A stretch of DNA of 63,994 nt, the filler included, from Streblomastix strix (lineage: Eukaryota): NCBI GenBank assembly GCA_008636045.1. It is 3 parts of 3 records of this genome, joined end to end, with 100 filler letters (N's around TTAATTAATTAA, not from the genome) between each part and the next. Parts side by side here need not be neighbours in the genome. Positions count along the whole stretch, not along the records: positions 43,893 to 63,994 come from SNRW01000458.1; 2 more parts are not named here. One strand, given 5' to 3'. Within the stretch, counting starts at the first letter, position 1; the number at the start of each line of letters is the position of its first letter. The position numbers and the translations under genes were made by a program. The notes beneath the pieces are model-generated. The model was not told where the DNA came from, searched no databases, and saw nothing but the letters and a program-made list of their open reading frames with translations. Below, one piece after another: positions 50,920-63,830 of this stretch.

Positions 50920-51340
50920 AGATTCTATCTTATTCTGTCTTAATAATATCAGTGATGTTCACGAGATGTGGAGGATTAATGTGAAATACTTGTTATGACA
51001 GAAAAGACAAGACAAGACAGGAAAAAGTTTATCGTCTTAAGTTGATGGACAGATGGACAGTTGGACAGATTATGAAAAATCTTGTATGATGTATAGTTGA
51101 CGTTTCAGAATCAATATGTTTTCATATATCTGCACAGATTATGTTGGTTCTAAGCAATAATATTCATTTTAAAATATTTTATGTCGAATTAAGGTTGGAA
51201 TCTCAATCTGTCTAACTGTTCATCTGTCCTACAACTTCTGGTGTCTCTTATTTTTCTGTCATGTATTGAATTTAGATCTAATCTTCCACAGCTAGTGAGC
51301 ATCACATATAATATTGCAAGACAAATAAGACAGAAATGAT
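50920..51340. repeat. ~420-bp imperfect palindrome with TGGACAG and AGACA iterons
   Basis: aagttgatggacagatggacagttggacagatt (~51040) pairs with aatctgtctaactgttcatctgtcctacaactt (~51205); 50920-50980 pairs with 51278-51338. Confidence 0.85.
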
Positions 51341-51755
51341 GAAAATGAACATTTTGATTCAATTTCCATGATTAACGTACACCTCTAACGTACATTTTAA
51401 TGCAAAAGTAAATCCGAGCGGACAACCGACCAACTATAATTTTTGTCTTTTTTATAATTTCTATCCTGTACACTTGCATACATGAACAATTCACTTCATT
51501 TATCTTCTTCGCTAACATATACCCTTATTAGTGCATAAATAAATCAAATTCATTGACTATATCGATCAATTATATCGCTAATTTAAAGTAAATCCAGTAC
51601 GTAAGTTATGACAGTTTTTTAAAGGCGTCGAATCAAAAGAAGTTACAAATCGTTAACAGATTCTCGGAATTCCTATCGCTGAATTCTATATTTTTATTGT
51701 TCACGGGATCGTTACTCTGCGGCAATGCGTTCGGCTTCGCATGCTTATACATAAA

Positions 51756-52469
51756 TCATTCTCTAATCATTTTCAATAATTTAATAATTGATTTGCATGT
51801 ATTATCATCTAAATCTAATGTATAATATTATTATTTTGTTCGTCTAATATCATTAATAATCTCATAAAATCTATTTAAATCTTATTCTTATATCTCTACT
51901 CTGTAGATAGCTGCATCACCACTCTTGATCTATCATTTCTTCATTATTTCTCCAAAACTGATGCGTTTGAATATTTCATTCATTAATTGTTTTATTTACT
52001 TATTATATCTTAATGCAATTGATAGAGGAACAAATGAATCAGTCATCTAGTATATATTTTCTAGAAACAATAATCGACTCATTCTACCGTTCCCATCTTC
52101 ATGCGGATGAATGCGTTCGTATGATAGATAACACGGAAACAGAACCATAATCTTATTTGATTGATCATATTCATAAGCAAAGTTCACTAGATTTTATAGT
52201 TCATTTGGATTTATATTTTCATGTTATATTTCAATATTAGCTGCAGAGATTATTTTTGAGTTATTCTTATTACTAACATATACACTATAATGTCTAAATG
52301 TCTCTCTTTTGAATAGTGCTTAGTATAATCCTTCGATGAATGACACTTCATTATTCTTAAGTTATTCAATTGCATCATTAATATTATTTTTTGGTTATGT
52401 ATCCTATTCAATACAGTTAGAATCCATAATATTCTTATACATTAATCTATTTACATCAATTTATGCCAT
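51756..52469 (-). CDS. Fic-domain protein (putative AMPylase); one internal TGA at 51932; frame open upstream to ~52559
   Basis: HPHEDGNGRMSR at 52074-52109 matches the Fic motif HPFx(D/E)GNGRxxR; N-terminal SNCIE. Confidence 0.9.
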
Positions 52470-52566
52470 TACTTTACCTATTTAATCAGATCCATCATCA
52501 TTGAACGTTATTGCAAATTTATTAGTTATTATAGTTTATCTTGGCTTCTTTTTAATTATAAATGAA

Positions 52567-52710
52567 ATGCTATTCAATATAGTTATTGGAACTTCATTAA
52601 TGTTCATTGCTATTGCAAATATTGGCTTATTTCTTACTGCTGCATCTGCATATAATACCTTAACCAAAGAAGAGGAAAAGATTCCAATAAATTTTTTATT
52701 TTATTCATGA
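52567..52710 (+). CDS. Small single-pass membrane protein (47 aa)
   Basis: MLFNIVIGTSLMFIAIANIGLFLTAASAYNTLTKEEEK...*. Confidence 0.5.
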   Translation: MLFNIVIGTSLMFIAIANIGLFLTAASAYNTLTKEEEKIPINFLFYS

Positions 52711-53334
52711 GTATTAGACCTGTTATTTTTGGTAAGAATAAATGTCATAGAAAAGATCAATATTACGATCTGAAAAAATATATTAAACGAACCAATGTCA
52801 CCATGTTAATCTGTTTCGATAATTCCTGCAATAGTTAAAATATATTCGTCATTCGAAAAGGAGTAAGATAAAGTATCTGCATAATCTTTTCGTTCAAAAA
52901 GAAGATCATCTATATTTGAAGATATAATAATACCTGATTCATCTGTATGTCGATGGCTACTTGACATAATTAATGAAGATGAACATTTGACTAAAGAATC
53001 AGCACATTTCATATTATTTGAACCTTAATTGATAAGAGCAATTGCATATATATTTGATGTAGTGAAAATTTAAGTTATTCTTAATACTGAAGATGAAGGA
53101 TGTTGAGGAAAATTTATGCACGATGGTACTAGAACATTAAGAGATATTACAATAAATAATGTTAACATACTTACTCCAGATATTGATGAAGTCAATCTTC
53201 TCAGAGACTCATATAAATTATGCTTACAAAAAGCTAGAAAAATAACTAGTATCTTTGATCTTGTAGATATCTCATCAAAATTAATATCTGCTGCAAGCAA
53301 AGGATTAATAGCAGTTCTATCATACATTCATTGA
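52707..53334 (+). pseudogene. Conserved viral hypothetical protein, similar to 2778-3490
   Basis: FILFEPQLIRAIAYIF..KIQVILN...C*GKF...LRDITINNVNI vs FIFSSDNFIKLWSLI...DIEIVLE...CIGKS...VMDILIKNVSV. Confidence 0.55.
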
Positions 53335-53361
53335 AGGTTCTATATTATGTTTGATAATTAA

Positions 53362-55982
53362 ATGGCTGATGCAGACTTACACTCATTTGATGCGCTCATA
53401 AAACATGATGAGATTTTGTTCGAAAATATTAGATATTACTCAATTGGTTTAGTTGAATAGGTCGAAAATAATAATAATCAAATCAATAAGATAAATAATG
53501 CTCCTGCACCTGATGTATATACTAGACCTGAAGCAAATGAAATATTTGATACAAAAGCTGATAAAATTGATTCTTATACTAGGACTGAAGCCGATACTCT
53601 ACTCGAGGATAAAGCAGATAAAACTGATACTTATACGAAATCTGAAACCGATGTCCTACTCGATGATAAAGCAGACAAATCTGAATTAATTGATTCATAT
53701 TCCAAGACAGAAGACGACGCACTTTTATTATTGAAAGCTAATGTTGCAGATTTAACGAATTATGTTGATTTAACTTTTGCTCAAACAATAACAGGATAAA
53801 AATAATTCGGTGTAATTAGTGTTTCAAGCCTATCGAAATTGAGTAAAAATGTTGCATCTATTTTTTTTGTAGGTAAAGGTGATATGTTAGTAAGTTCATT
53901 TGTAACACAACTATAATTATAGGAAGTTAGAGATATTGCAACTGGAAAGTCAAAAGCATATGTATTCTCATTATAAGGAGAGTTGAATGACTGGATGGCT
54001 GTTTATGAGAATGTTGCAAAACTAATGATTGGAGATAATTTATATATTGTTGATAAGAAAGTAACAGATTATTGGTGGGATGGAACAGACTTAAAAGTAT
54101 TAGAAATAGAACTACCTGATATGAGTTATGTTATCATAACTCTAGGAACAGCAACTGGAGGAGGTAATGCAATAATTAATATATCAATTTATGGAAATGT
54201 ACTAACACCAGTAAAAGATAAAAATTTTGTAGATACAGATTATGATCAAAGTATAAGCGGTTAAAAAACATTTAATACAACTATTCATTCAGTAGGAATC
54301 ATGGTTTAAACATATGATAATTCTAGTGATGTTTGCGCGGAGGAGGTGTAAGATCAATAGCAGATATTTAAAGTGCTTCATATTCCAAATCAGAGGATTA
54401 TGCTTTATTGTTATTGAAAGCTGATAAAACATAATTGATTGATTCATACATTATAGATGAAACAAATAATCTTTTAAATAATAAAACCAATAATGGAATT
54501 TCTTATACTAAAGGAGAAGATGATGCGCTTTTACTATTGAAAGTTGATAAGACACAACTGATTGATTCATATTCTAAAGGTGAAACAAATAATTTATTAA
54601 ATAATAAAGCAGATAAAGGAGTTTCCTATACGAAAGGTGAAGACGATGCACTCTTATTACTGAAAGCAGATAATATGTAACTGATTGATTCATACAACAA
54701 ATCGGAAGATGATGCACTTTTACTATTGAAAGTTGATAAAACATAACTGATTGATTCATATATAAAAAATGAAACAAATAATCTCTTAAATATTAATACT
54801 GATACAGGATTTTCATGTACAAAAGGTAAATATGATTTACTCTTATTATTGAATGCTGATAAGACATAACTAATTAATTCATATACAAATGGAGAAGCGA
54901 ATAATCTCTTAAGTAATAAAGCAAATTAATCAACATCACATACCAAGATAAAAACAGATTATTTAATATCGTAGATTGATGTCGGAGATGTTGATTTGAC
55001 TGATTATTTCAATAAAACAAGAACAGATGAATTATTAGGAGAGAAAGCAGACGCAACCGAAATATCTAATTATGTTACATTAGGTACTGCATAAACAATA
55101 AATGCAAATAAGACATTCAATATTGCTTGTAGATTCGTAAGTTCCATTGATGGAATGTCGACAGTAACAGGATCATCATTTATTAAATCTGATGCAAATA
55201 ATAATGTAGTTTTACTTAGTGTTGGTGGCACCAAATCACTTTCAGAATTTATTGGTACTCCAACTGATTTATCAAATTATTATAATAAAAGTGAAACTTA
55301 TTTAAAAACAGAAACAGAAAATTAATATGTTAGATTGGAAGGTTCAATTCAATAAACAATAGCAGGAAGATTAAAATATGTAAATCCATTTAGTGGAACA
55401 TATGATGAGACATAAGATCCAGTTGAAATATTTACTTAACAATGTCAGAAGTTGACGCTAAACTAACGAATTATGTTAATACTACTAATAACTAATCAAT
55501 AAATTAAACTAAGACATTCAATACAAACGTTAATGCTGCTGGATTTGCTAAAACCGGCAAAGACGATACTTCAGTTTTATTGGCTGGTGGAGGAGATATG
55601 TTATTATCAGCATTTGGATGATTAGAATTAGTAAATATTAATTATACGAGTAATATGGTTAGTCCAACTTCGATAATGTCACTAAAATGATATAGATATG
55701 GATCTCAAATCAACTTTTACGGTTATATATATATATATGGGAAATGGAACAGGAGCATCTGGTGCATCAGTTGCAGTTTGCACACTTGAAAGTGCTGGAT
55801 TTTCAAAGTATTTATTTTATGCAGATGATATAGTTTTTGCAGGCTGTGCATCACATGTCGCAAATTTCAGATTTGAAACTGATGGAAAAGTTACTATAAC
55901 TATTAGAACACTATCTGGAACAGCTGGATTGGCTGGTTCCGCTTCAGCATATATCAACGTTACATATCCTACAGCAAATTGA
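53362..55982 (+). pseudogene. Long fibre protein with many YTKxExDxLLxxKADK repeats and a C-terminal head; frameshifted
   Basis: More than 10 repeats (SYTKGEDDALLLLKADKTQLID), several QTITGxKTF modules, head domain = track ORF 55698-55982. Confidence 0.85.
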
Positions 55983-56055
55983 AAACAATAATGGAGCTAT
56001 TGATATTTGCATTACCTATCAAACAAGTCTAATACTATTATTTTTGAACTATGAC

Positions 56056-56500
56056 ATGAGTTATGAAATAAGCAGTATTTACCTAGATGAAGCATTATTA
56101 GAAGCAGTAGGACTATCTGAATTTTCAGAATTATTCGATTATTCGAATCATCCAAAACCAGTTCCACCAGCATTACAAGTTCCAATCGGAGAATAAATTT
56201 TACAAAAATATGGGAAAGATAATGATGATATACTCAATAATATAAACGAAGAGTTCATTCCATCTGTATCAAATGCCCCAATAAAATTTGATTTAAGCTC
56301 ATAACTGGAACGATCCAGTTTCTTAACATCAAGTGGATAAGATCCATAATTGATTGTGTATTGTGATCGTGTTACATTAACCGCGTCATATGAAACTACT
56401 GGATTGTTTCCCAATGGATATTTATTTAAAAATTATACTGAAGAGGCGAGACCAAAAGAGGGGGATAAAGTGATTGCATTAGTTATTATCTCCTTATAAA
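56056..56500 (+). pseudogene. Short fibre-head-like protein, 3'-truncated
   Basis: MSYEISSIYLDE...IVYCDRVTLTASY...GYLFKNYTEEARPK, then runs into the opposite-strand ORF without a stop. Confidence 0.5.
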
Positions 56501-56509
56501 CAAAGCCAG

Positions 56510-58119
56510 TGAACATATTGATGCAACCTTCTTTATTTTTTTCTAAGAATATAATTTCTTTATATCGGAATGATTTACTATATTTATTTATAATTTATCC
56601 AAGATTAAAATTATTCACGTTTATGAAACGTTTGTCGAACCTAAAGAAATTCATCATATACTTTTCTGATTTCATTGTTATTTTAAATTATCTTTTATCT
56701 CTAATTTTTATATAACATGCTCCATCCTTTATTCCAATAACTCTTCTTAGATCATTGATCAATTAATTGAAATCGCTAATTTTATATTGTCTAGCTTTAA
56801 CATCATTAATATCATATTCTGAATTGTTTATATTAATTGGTTTACCAACATTTGAGTGTTTATATACATTTTTATACATTTACTAATCAATTTGATCCTA
56901 ATGCTTGATGATTGAATAGAACCACATATTTGTGAACTCATACATAAAATATTTCATAACTTTAGAAATTGTCCCATCAACATTGCGATTATGCGTTCGC
57001 TAGTTATACCATTCAGTGTAGCATTTTTTAATAAATTCTTCGGTATGTGGAGGATAACAAATTGAACCAGTTATTTTCTCTAGATTATCAAAGATAGTTT
57101 CAAATTTATTAAGTAACCCAATCATATATTCTTTGTTAAATACTATTAGATTATCATCAAAATCAATATCATCTATTTAATGTTTTTAACATGTGTTTTA
57201 GTTATTATTTTTCTTTCTCCTGCAACTTAAGCTGTACCATTAGCTACGTCTATTAACCTTTTCGCATTAGTAACCTGTTTCTCTTTCTGTTTAAAGCTAA
57301 AAACTTTATAAATAACATTACTCCAATTACTTATCACATCATCCGTCGAATCATCTCGAATACATTAAACAATTTGATTAAATGGTTCATCATTTTCCTT
57401 ACATAATTATCCTGCAATTAGTACTGATTCTTTTCCTCTGAAATTTTTGTTCGAAAGTATATGATGGAATATTTATCGAAATGATTTACTTACTTATTTA
57501 TGTTTATAAATAGAATTATCAACGAATTCACTAATATAATAATAATATCTTTTTGCATTTAAATTCCCAATCTTTTTAACTATTTCCATCATATCTTGTT
57601 AAAGGATTCGTTTCTCATAGAAAACTACATGAATTGAAATCTTCTTAACTGCTTCGGATACATATTTCAAATTATGCTTAGAACAAATTTCAGAATCATT
57701 CGAATAGCCGCCTATGGAATATTATCCAAATTCACTAATCAAAGAATCTAATCATGCAATTATTTATGTGTATTATTCAATTGATTCAATATGGTCAAAA
57801 TCAAAGTACGGATGGCAGTATTTATCAGAAAATATAATTTCATTAAAAACATCTGAACCACCAAATTAAACTCATTAATTTTAGTTGAATCACATGTATA
57901 TATATAAGTTTGATTAGATGGAACATCAATCGCAGGGTATCATTTAACAAAAAATTTAGGAATAATTCGTTTTGATGGTGCTTCTTTTATTTCTTTTATA
58001 TCAAGTAAGACATCATCAAGTGAATTTATTTATTCTTCAGTAGATTCATTAATTGTTGTATTTTTCTCTTCTTCAGCAATCATTTCATCCATTAATTATT
58101 AAGCTGTTTGTCTTGGCAC
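56510..58119 (-). pseudogene. PrimPol-type AEP primase with a PriCT-like region, truncated before any helicase
   Basis: FNEII...HPYFDFD (motif I, ~57800), KISIHVVF (II), FVDNSIYK...FRQIF..ILSNK (III). Confidence 0.8.
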
Positions 58120-58189
58120 TTTGTTTAAAGACAAAAAATTAGATCAGTACACAGAACATGCTAGAAATTATTTTTTCTATCACTATCTA

Positions 58190-58985
58190 TCAATCCGAGC
58201 GACCGACGGAGAACTTTCATTTTAGCAAATTTGGGGGGTCTTATCATGCACACTTGCACACATGGATAATTCAATCAATTTATTCACGATTCTAATTCAT
58301 CTGTCCATCTTTCCATCTGTCCATCTGTCCAACAACTTTAGACGATAAATTTTTTCTGTCTTGTCTTATCTTATCTGTCTTGTTTTCAATTAAGGTAATT
58401 CAATTATCACTTGCCACTTACCCCTTTTTATAGGAGTTTGTGTATAAGCGTGACAGCGTGACAGTTAGTGGAATGGAAAATTTATTTCATTTATCCATAT
58501 CATTTACTCGTATAATTTGGATGTCACATTGCTTCATTTATAGCATATGGCAATGGCAAATTAATTTTTTGGGAGTTAAAATTTTTGTTCCGTCCCATCC
58601 TATGTCCCACATGGAAAATTATTCAATTCATCCACTCCGCTAGCATACACATACTAATAAGAACAGATAATTTTGTCCCATTATCGATAAGCCTACCATA
58701 TTTACTAGTATGATCATTATATTCAATTTATCCACGAAAATAATCACATGAAGCTATATCTATATGATAATATGTCGATACGTCATCAGTTTTCGTCAAA
58801 CTCTCTTGGATTTGTCTAGTCTTGTCTTTTGTCTTATATGATATTTCACTTCATTTGTCCATTCCGCTAGCACATACACTCTAACATAAGACAAAAATTT
58901 TGTCTCATCTTTCAATTAGCTGACATATTTATGGGTATGATCATTTCATTCAATTTACTCATATAAATAATCAATCACATTGTTC
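58190..58985. repeat. Terminal repeat region
   Basis: 58190-58290 is a direct copy of 51405-51510; 58295-58385 is an inverted copy of 51000-51075; ~130-bp direct repeats at 58625-58750 and 58855-58982. Confidence 0.8.
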
Positions 58986-59226
58986 CGCATAATTCGTCCG
59001 AATCAATAGTTACGACACCCACTTTTAACATCAAATTCATGATCAGCATATCAATATTGACCTTAGGACTTTTTCTCAAATCAATTAGAAAACATTTATT
59101 TTCCGTATATTTTTCATTTTTTATTAAATTATATATTAAAAATAAAAATATTTTATCATAGGTCAGAATTCCCATTAAAAAATTTAAAATTTCATATCTC
59201 TTTAATACACTACTCAAGGGTCATAT

Positions 59227-60046
59227 GGATGATTCCGACCAGACTAAACATTAACAATTTTTTTATTTAAAAATATTTAAATGAATTATATAAACATTTT
59301 TCATAAATGTAAATTACAAAATTTTGTCATGGAAAAAATTCAATAGAAAAAAATTTAGTTCGATTCTTCTAATACTAGCAGCTACATATTTAAAATGGTT
59401 CGTTAATTTTAATTAAAAAAATATTTAATAAATATTTAAATATAAATTTTTATTTTTAGGCAACATGAACCGCTGAAAATTAAAAATTGCGTTATTTAGC
59501 TGTTTTCAGCCGTATTATCACTATTTTCATCTCAATTTTAAAACAAAATTTTTGTAAATTTAATAAATATAGCTAACAAATTAATAAATTTTATAAATTT
59601 TTATTTTTACTGAAGAAAAAAATAAGAACAAAATTAAAAAATAAAAATAACCTATTTTTGCACTGCAAGAAAATAAGATTATTAAATATTTTATTAAATT
59701 CAAATAATAGCAATGAAAAATAAGTAATTTATTTAAAATAAATCAATGATTGACAAGTGTGGTATCATAAACAACAAAACAATGCAATTTTTAATTTTCA
59801 GCGGTTCATGTTGCCTAAAATAAAAATTTGTATTTAAATATTTATTAAATAATTTTTTAACTAAAATCAGCAAACCGTTTTAAATTTGTAGCCGCTAGTA
59901 CTCGAAGAATCGAATTAAATTTTTTTCTACTGATTTTTTTTTCATGGCAAAATTTTTAATTTAAATTTATGAAAAATGTTTATATAATTCATTTAAATAT
60001 TTTTATAATAAAAAATTCTTATTGTTGTCTGAGGGCGGAACCACCC
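59227..60046. mobile_element. Non-autonomous TIR element (820 bp), ~270-bp TIRs, 4-bp ATAT target duplication; Sola-like
   Basis: ATAT|GGATGATTCCG...CGGAACCACCC|ATAT; arms pair inward through TAGGCAACATGAACCGCTGAAAATTAAAAATTGC. Confidence 0.88.
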
Positions 60047-61950
60047 ATATCATTCACGTAGATTCCAAAAATGATGTTTATAATCGATTCTGTAACTGTT
60101 CATCACCGTTAATTTTAACAAATAATCCATTTCAATAATTGTATAACTGGTTGATACAATTATTTCATTTTCATTGGTAGAAACTTGATTCGACCAAATA
60201 CTTTAATCAAAATAAGTTATTCAAAATAAGTTAGTCAATATATATTAACATTTATCGCTTAAATTATCAGATTTATGCTATCAGTAGTGATGTAAAATGA
60301 AGCTTGCTTGAGAACCTAAATCATTACATTTATTCATAACAATAACTCCCAATCATTAACCCACTAAGCAACCCATACAAATATCTGTTTTAATTGCTCA
60401 TATCAATTACTTTTAACTAATAAATTTATTCCTAAACAATAAACAATTATCTTGAAGTATGAAATTTAATCATAAACAATAATAAAGAATAATCAATATG
60501 AATAATTTTATTAAATAATTATATATCAATCCTATAAAATATCTCAAATAATTCGCCAATACAATTATAAGATATATATTTACATTCTGAATAAGTTTAT
60601 TATGTTTTTGATTCGAGGGCAGGCTTCTTTTTACATCACTATTAATCACATTTGTTTTGTTGTGAAAATCTTATTCATATTTTGTTAAAACATTCAGAAC
60701 GAAACAGCTAACTTTGATTAATTGTTTATTTCGTTCATATTGTAGCTTATTCGCGGTTTTTTTTCACGAACAGCATCACCGAATAGAGATATATTTGTGT
60801 AAAAACCAATAAACTTTTTTTTCATCAATTGCCATAGGCTGGTTCTTAATAATTACAAGCATTTACATCTATATTATTAATTTTTACACGTCAGCACCTT
60901 TGTTTGATCTTCAATGCAATCCTCAAATTCTTTTAGCTTTACTAAATAGTTTCGATTTTTAACCATATCTTTATAGATTGGATAATTTTCTTTTTCAAAT
61001 CTTCTTAAACAATATTTTATTCATTAATAATTTTTTCGTTTAGTTTGATAGATGCCTTTATCCCTTCTTATTTTGGAAGAAGAGGCACCATAATAAAAAT
61101 AAATTTAATTATTTAGGATAATATCAAAAAATATTGAATTAGTATCTTCTTTCTTCTTAACAAAGTTAAATTTCTCATTATTATACTAATTTACTCGCGG
61201 ATTTAGACGTCTTTTCTGATGCTTACTGGCAAAATTATTTCATGTCTTCGTGTTTTATGAATTAAACCAATTGCACCGCACATTGTACTTTTTCCTCCAT
61301 TTGTATTTTATTATAGTTAGCTCCATTATTCTTCGGCATTAAAGAGGTATTGATATCGAAATATATGTAGATGAATTTGTATAGAAAATACAATATTTGA
61401 AATTTTGAAGTGAATTTATGTAATAATTCAACCGAATAATAATAAAACAACACTATTTCATTTCTCACCTCAAATAATGAGAAGTGTTAACAAAAATTAT
61501 CAATAATACTATCTCTTTCACAATCACTTTCAATGATTGCTAATTTAAATATTTCATAATAATAAATGCATTAAACTATTTATACCAGAGTTGCATTTTA
61601 TCTTTTCCATTTTCTATCAGATTCTCACGTTTTGAGGTTTCACAATGCATGCACTGAAAGACTTTTATAAAATGAATTCTTTGCTTTCGAGATGATGTGC
61701 TTGGAAGATATATGTAATTTAAAAAATGAATGTTTTTTCTCTTTATTAGTAATATATTGAAATAAATATTATATATACAAAATTAATTTATTTAATAAGT
61801 TTAATTTTATATATGTAATATATATTTTGTTACTTATACACTGCTTACCTTTGCTTTTGAGTTTTATCCCAAAGCTAAAATGTACGTAACAAGACACAGA
61901 ATTGGTTTTTGCATTTCTATTCTTTGATGTGAATTAGCTTCCTAAAATTT

Positions 61951-63420
61951 ATGTCAAATGAAGAAAAATTTCAAGAGTTATACACAGTTTATAATAATAT
62001 TTCTCCAGAAGTTAGTGTAAACATAGAGTAGAAAAAAAATTTCTAGAATTCAGAACAGTTATATCTTATAGAAAGTCTTATATTCTTGTAATGAATCATT
62101 TTTTTTGGCGATCTGAACCATTTTGAGACGTTTCATGTCAGGTGACAAGAACGATTCTGAGAGATTTGATAATCCCAAGTTCATGGCATCAATTGAAAAA
62201 AACATGAATTCTTTTGATTTTTGGTTATTAATAGGGTATATGGAGCAAGATGAAATCAACAATAAATCTAAAGCAATCAAGACGTTTGGACATTGCATCA
62301 AAGAAATGAACATTGACTCACCTCCATAAATGTCAATTGCAATTGCATCACAATGCGATCCAAATTTGGTTTCAAGATTGCTGAGTGAAAAGCCAAAACA
62401 GAAATTAGAAAAATAGAATCAGCAGCATTGTCATGAAAAGAAGAGTAAAAGTTAGTTAAATATTGTGTATAGACAATTGAAGAGTTGGGGTACATTACAT
62501 CAGTTGAAACACGATTTAAGGCAAAAGAATCAGACATAGATGAATAATAATATGCTGCTGAAGTGCTAATAAAAGAGATTCCTTGTGAGTTAATTTTAGC
62601 TGCTGATGAAATTGGCTATTAGTAGTTTACTGATTCGCGTACAAATGTGATAATTGTCAAAGCATCCAATAAATTCAAGAAACTATATTTTCCAGTAGAT
62701 TGCAATGAAAAACGACTGTCGATTATGTCAGGCTCAGCACTTTCAAACGACGTTTTTTTACCGTATATAATTGTGAAGAACCCTTTAAATATTGACAGAT
62801 TTATTGTAGCTTGAGTGAGAGATGGCATCGATGCAGTACTTGTAGAGGTGAAAGGAACAGGTATGACTACAGCGTTGCATATAAATTTGCTGGAAAAAGT
62901 TGTCGTAACTTATGTGGAAAATATTAGAAAACGCCTGAAGCTCTACAATGCGATACGAGCATTACTATATGTAGATAATTGCTCTTTACATATATCAGAG
63001 TAAACAAAATTAATTCTAGCAGCAAATAATATTATTTACTTTGTGCTGCCGCCAAATTCAATGTATTACTTACAAATGTGCAATCAAGGCATATTTGGGG
63101 CTTAGAAATACAATTTATAAACTTTAAGGAGAAATAATACTCACGATACATCCGAAATAATTGCATTCCTTGCAATTTCTACATTAAGACAAGCCATAGT
63201 TCCTGTTAATATTTTCAACAACTTCAAGCGCGCGGGCTATTCGCAGCAATGGGATGATAATGGAACGTGCTATGCATAAGTTGTTCATGAATCACTAGCT
63301 GCAGTAAGTGAGACAATTGAAGCAAATGGATTACTTCTTAAATATATACTGGCATAAAATAAACTAGAAATTAAGCGACTAAAGCAAACGGGTGGGTCAA
63401 TGAAGACGAAATTGACATGT
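61951..63420 (+). pseudogene. pogo/Tigger-like (DDE_1) transposase, decayed
   Basis: LILAADEIG (~62605), KRLSIM, LLYVDNCSLH (~62975), FVLPPNSMYYLQMCNQGIFG (third Asp replaced). Stops and frameshift present. Confidence 0.85.
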
Positions 63421-63830
63421 TTGACCATATGGGAAGATTTAACTTAGCGTTTTACTAATAATTAATTGATTAATAAACAAATTTCGTAAAAGTATACGCA
63501 AAATTGGTACCTCATATTTTAAATAGGTGTAGCTATACTTAAAGAGTGCAATTTGCAAGAACTTCGTTTCATAAATTGAAAATTAATGAAAATTAAAATT
63601 TTATTAGACTAATGAAAAGAGAAGAAACTTGGGTTTATCTGAATAATTTCGCAAAATCAAAATGGAAACATATCAGTTCACCAACACCTGCAATTCCAAG
63701 AGCAAATATAAACAAGAAAAAATCATGCTTACAGCAGCATTATTTTAAGGTACTTTTAAATAGGATTTGTCCTCCAACCAAAGGTACTTATCCCACGTGG
63801 AAATTAAAATTTAAATAAAAAATTGTCCAT

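Noticed and set aside
60050..61780. Coding-like minus-strand stretches (also 36150-38130 and 63612-63818)
   Set aside because: No recognisable motif or reliable exon structure.
6685..63003. Most supplied short ORFs (e.g. 6685, 6849, 13217, 18966, 39254, 46818, 62059)
   Set aside because: Antisense or off-frame shadows produced by applying the standard code to TAR=Gln genes.
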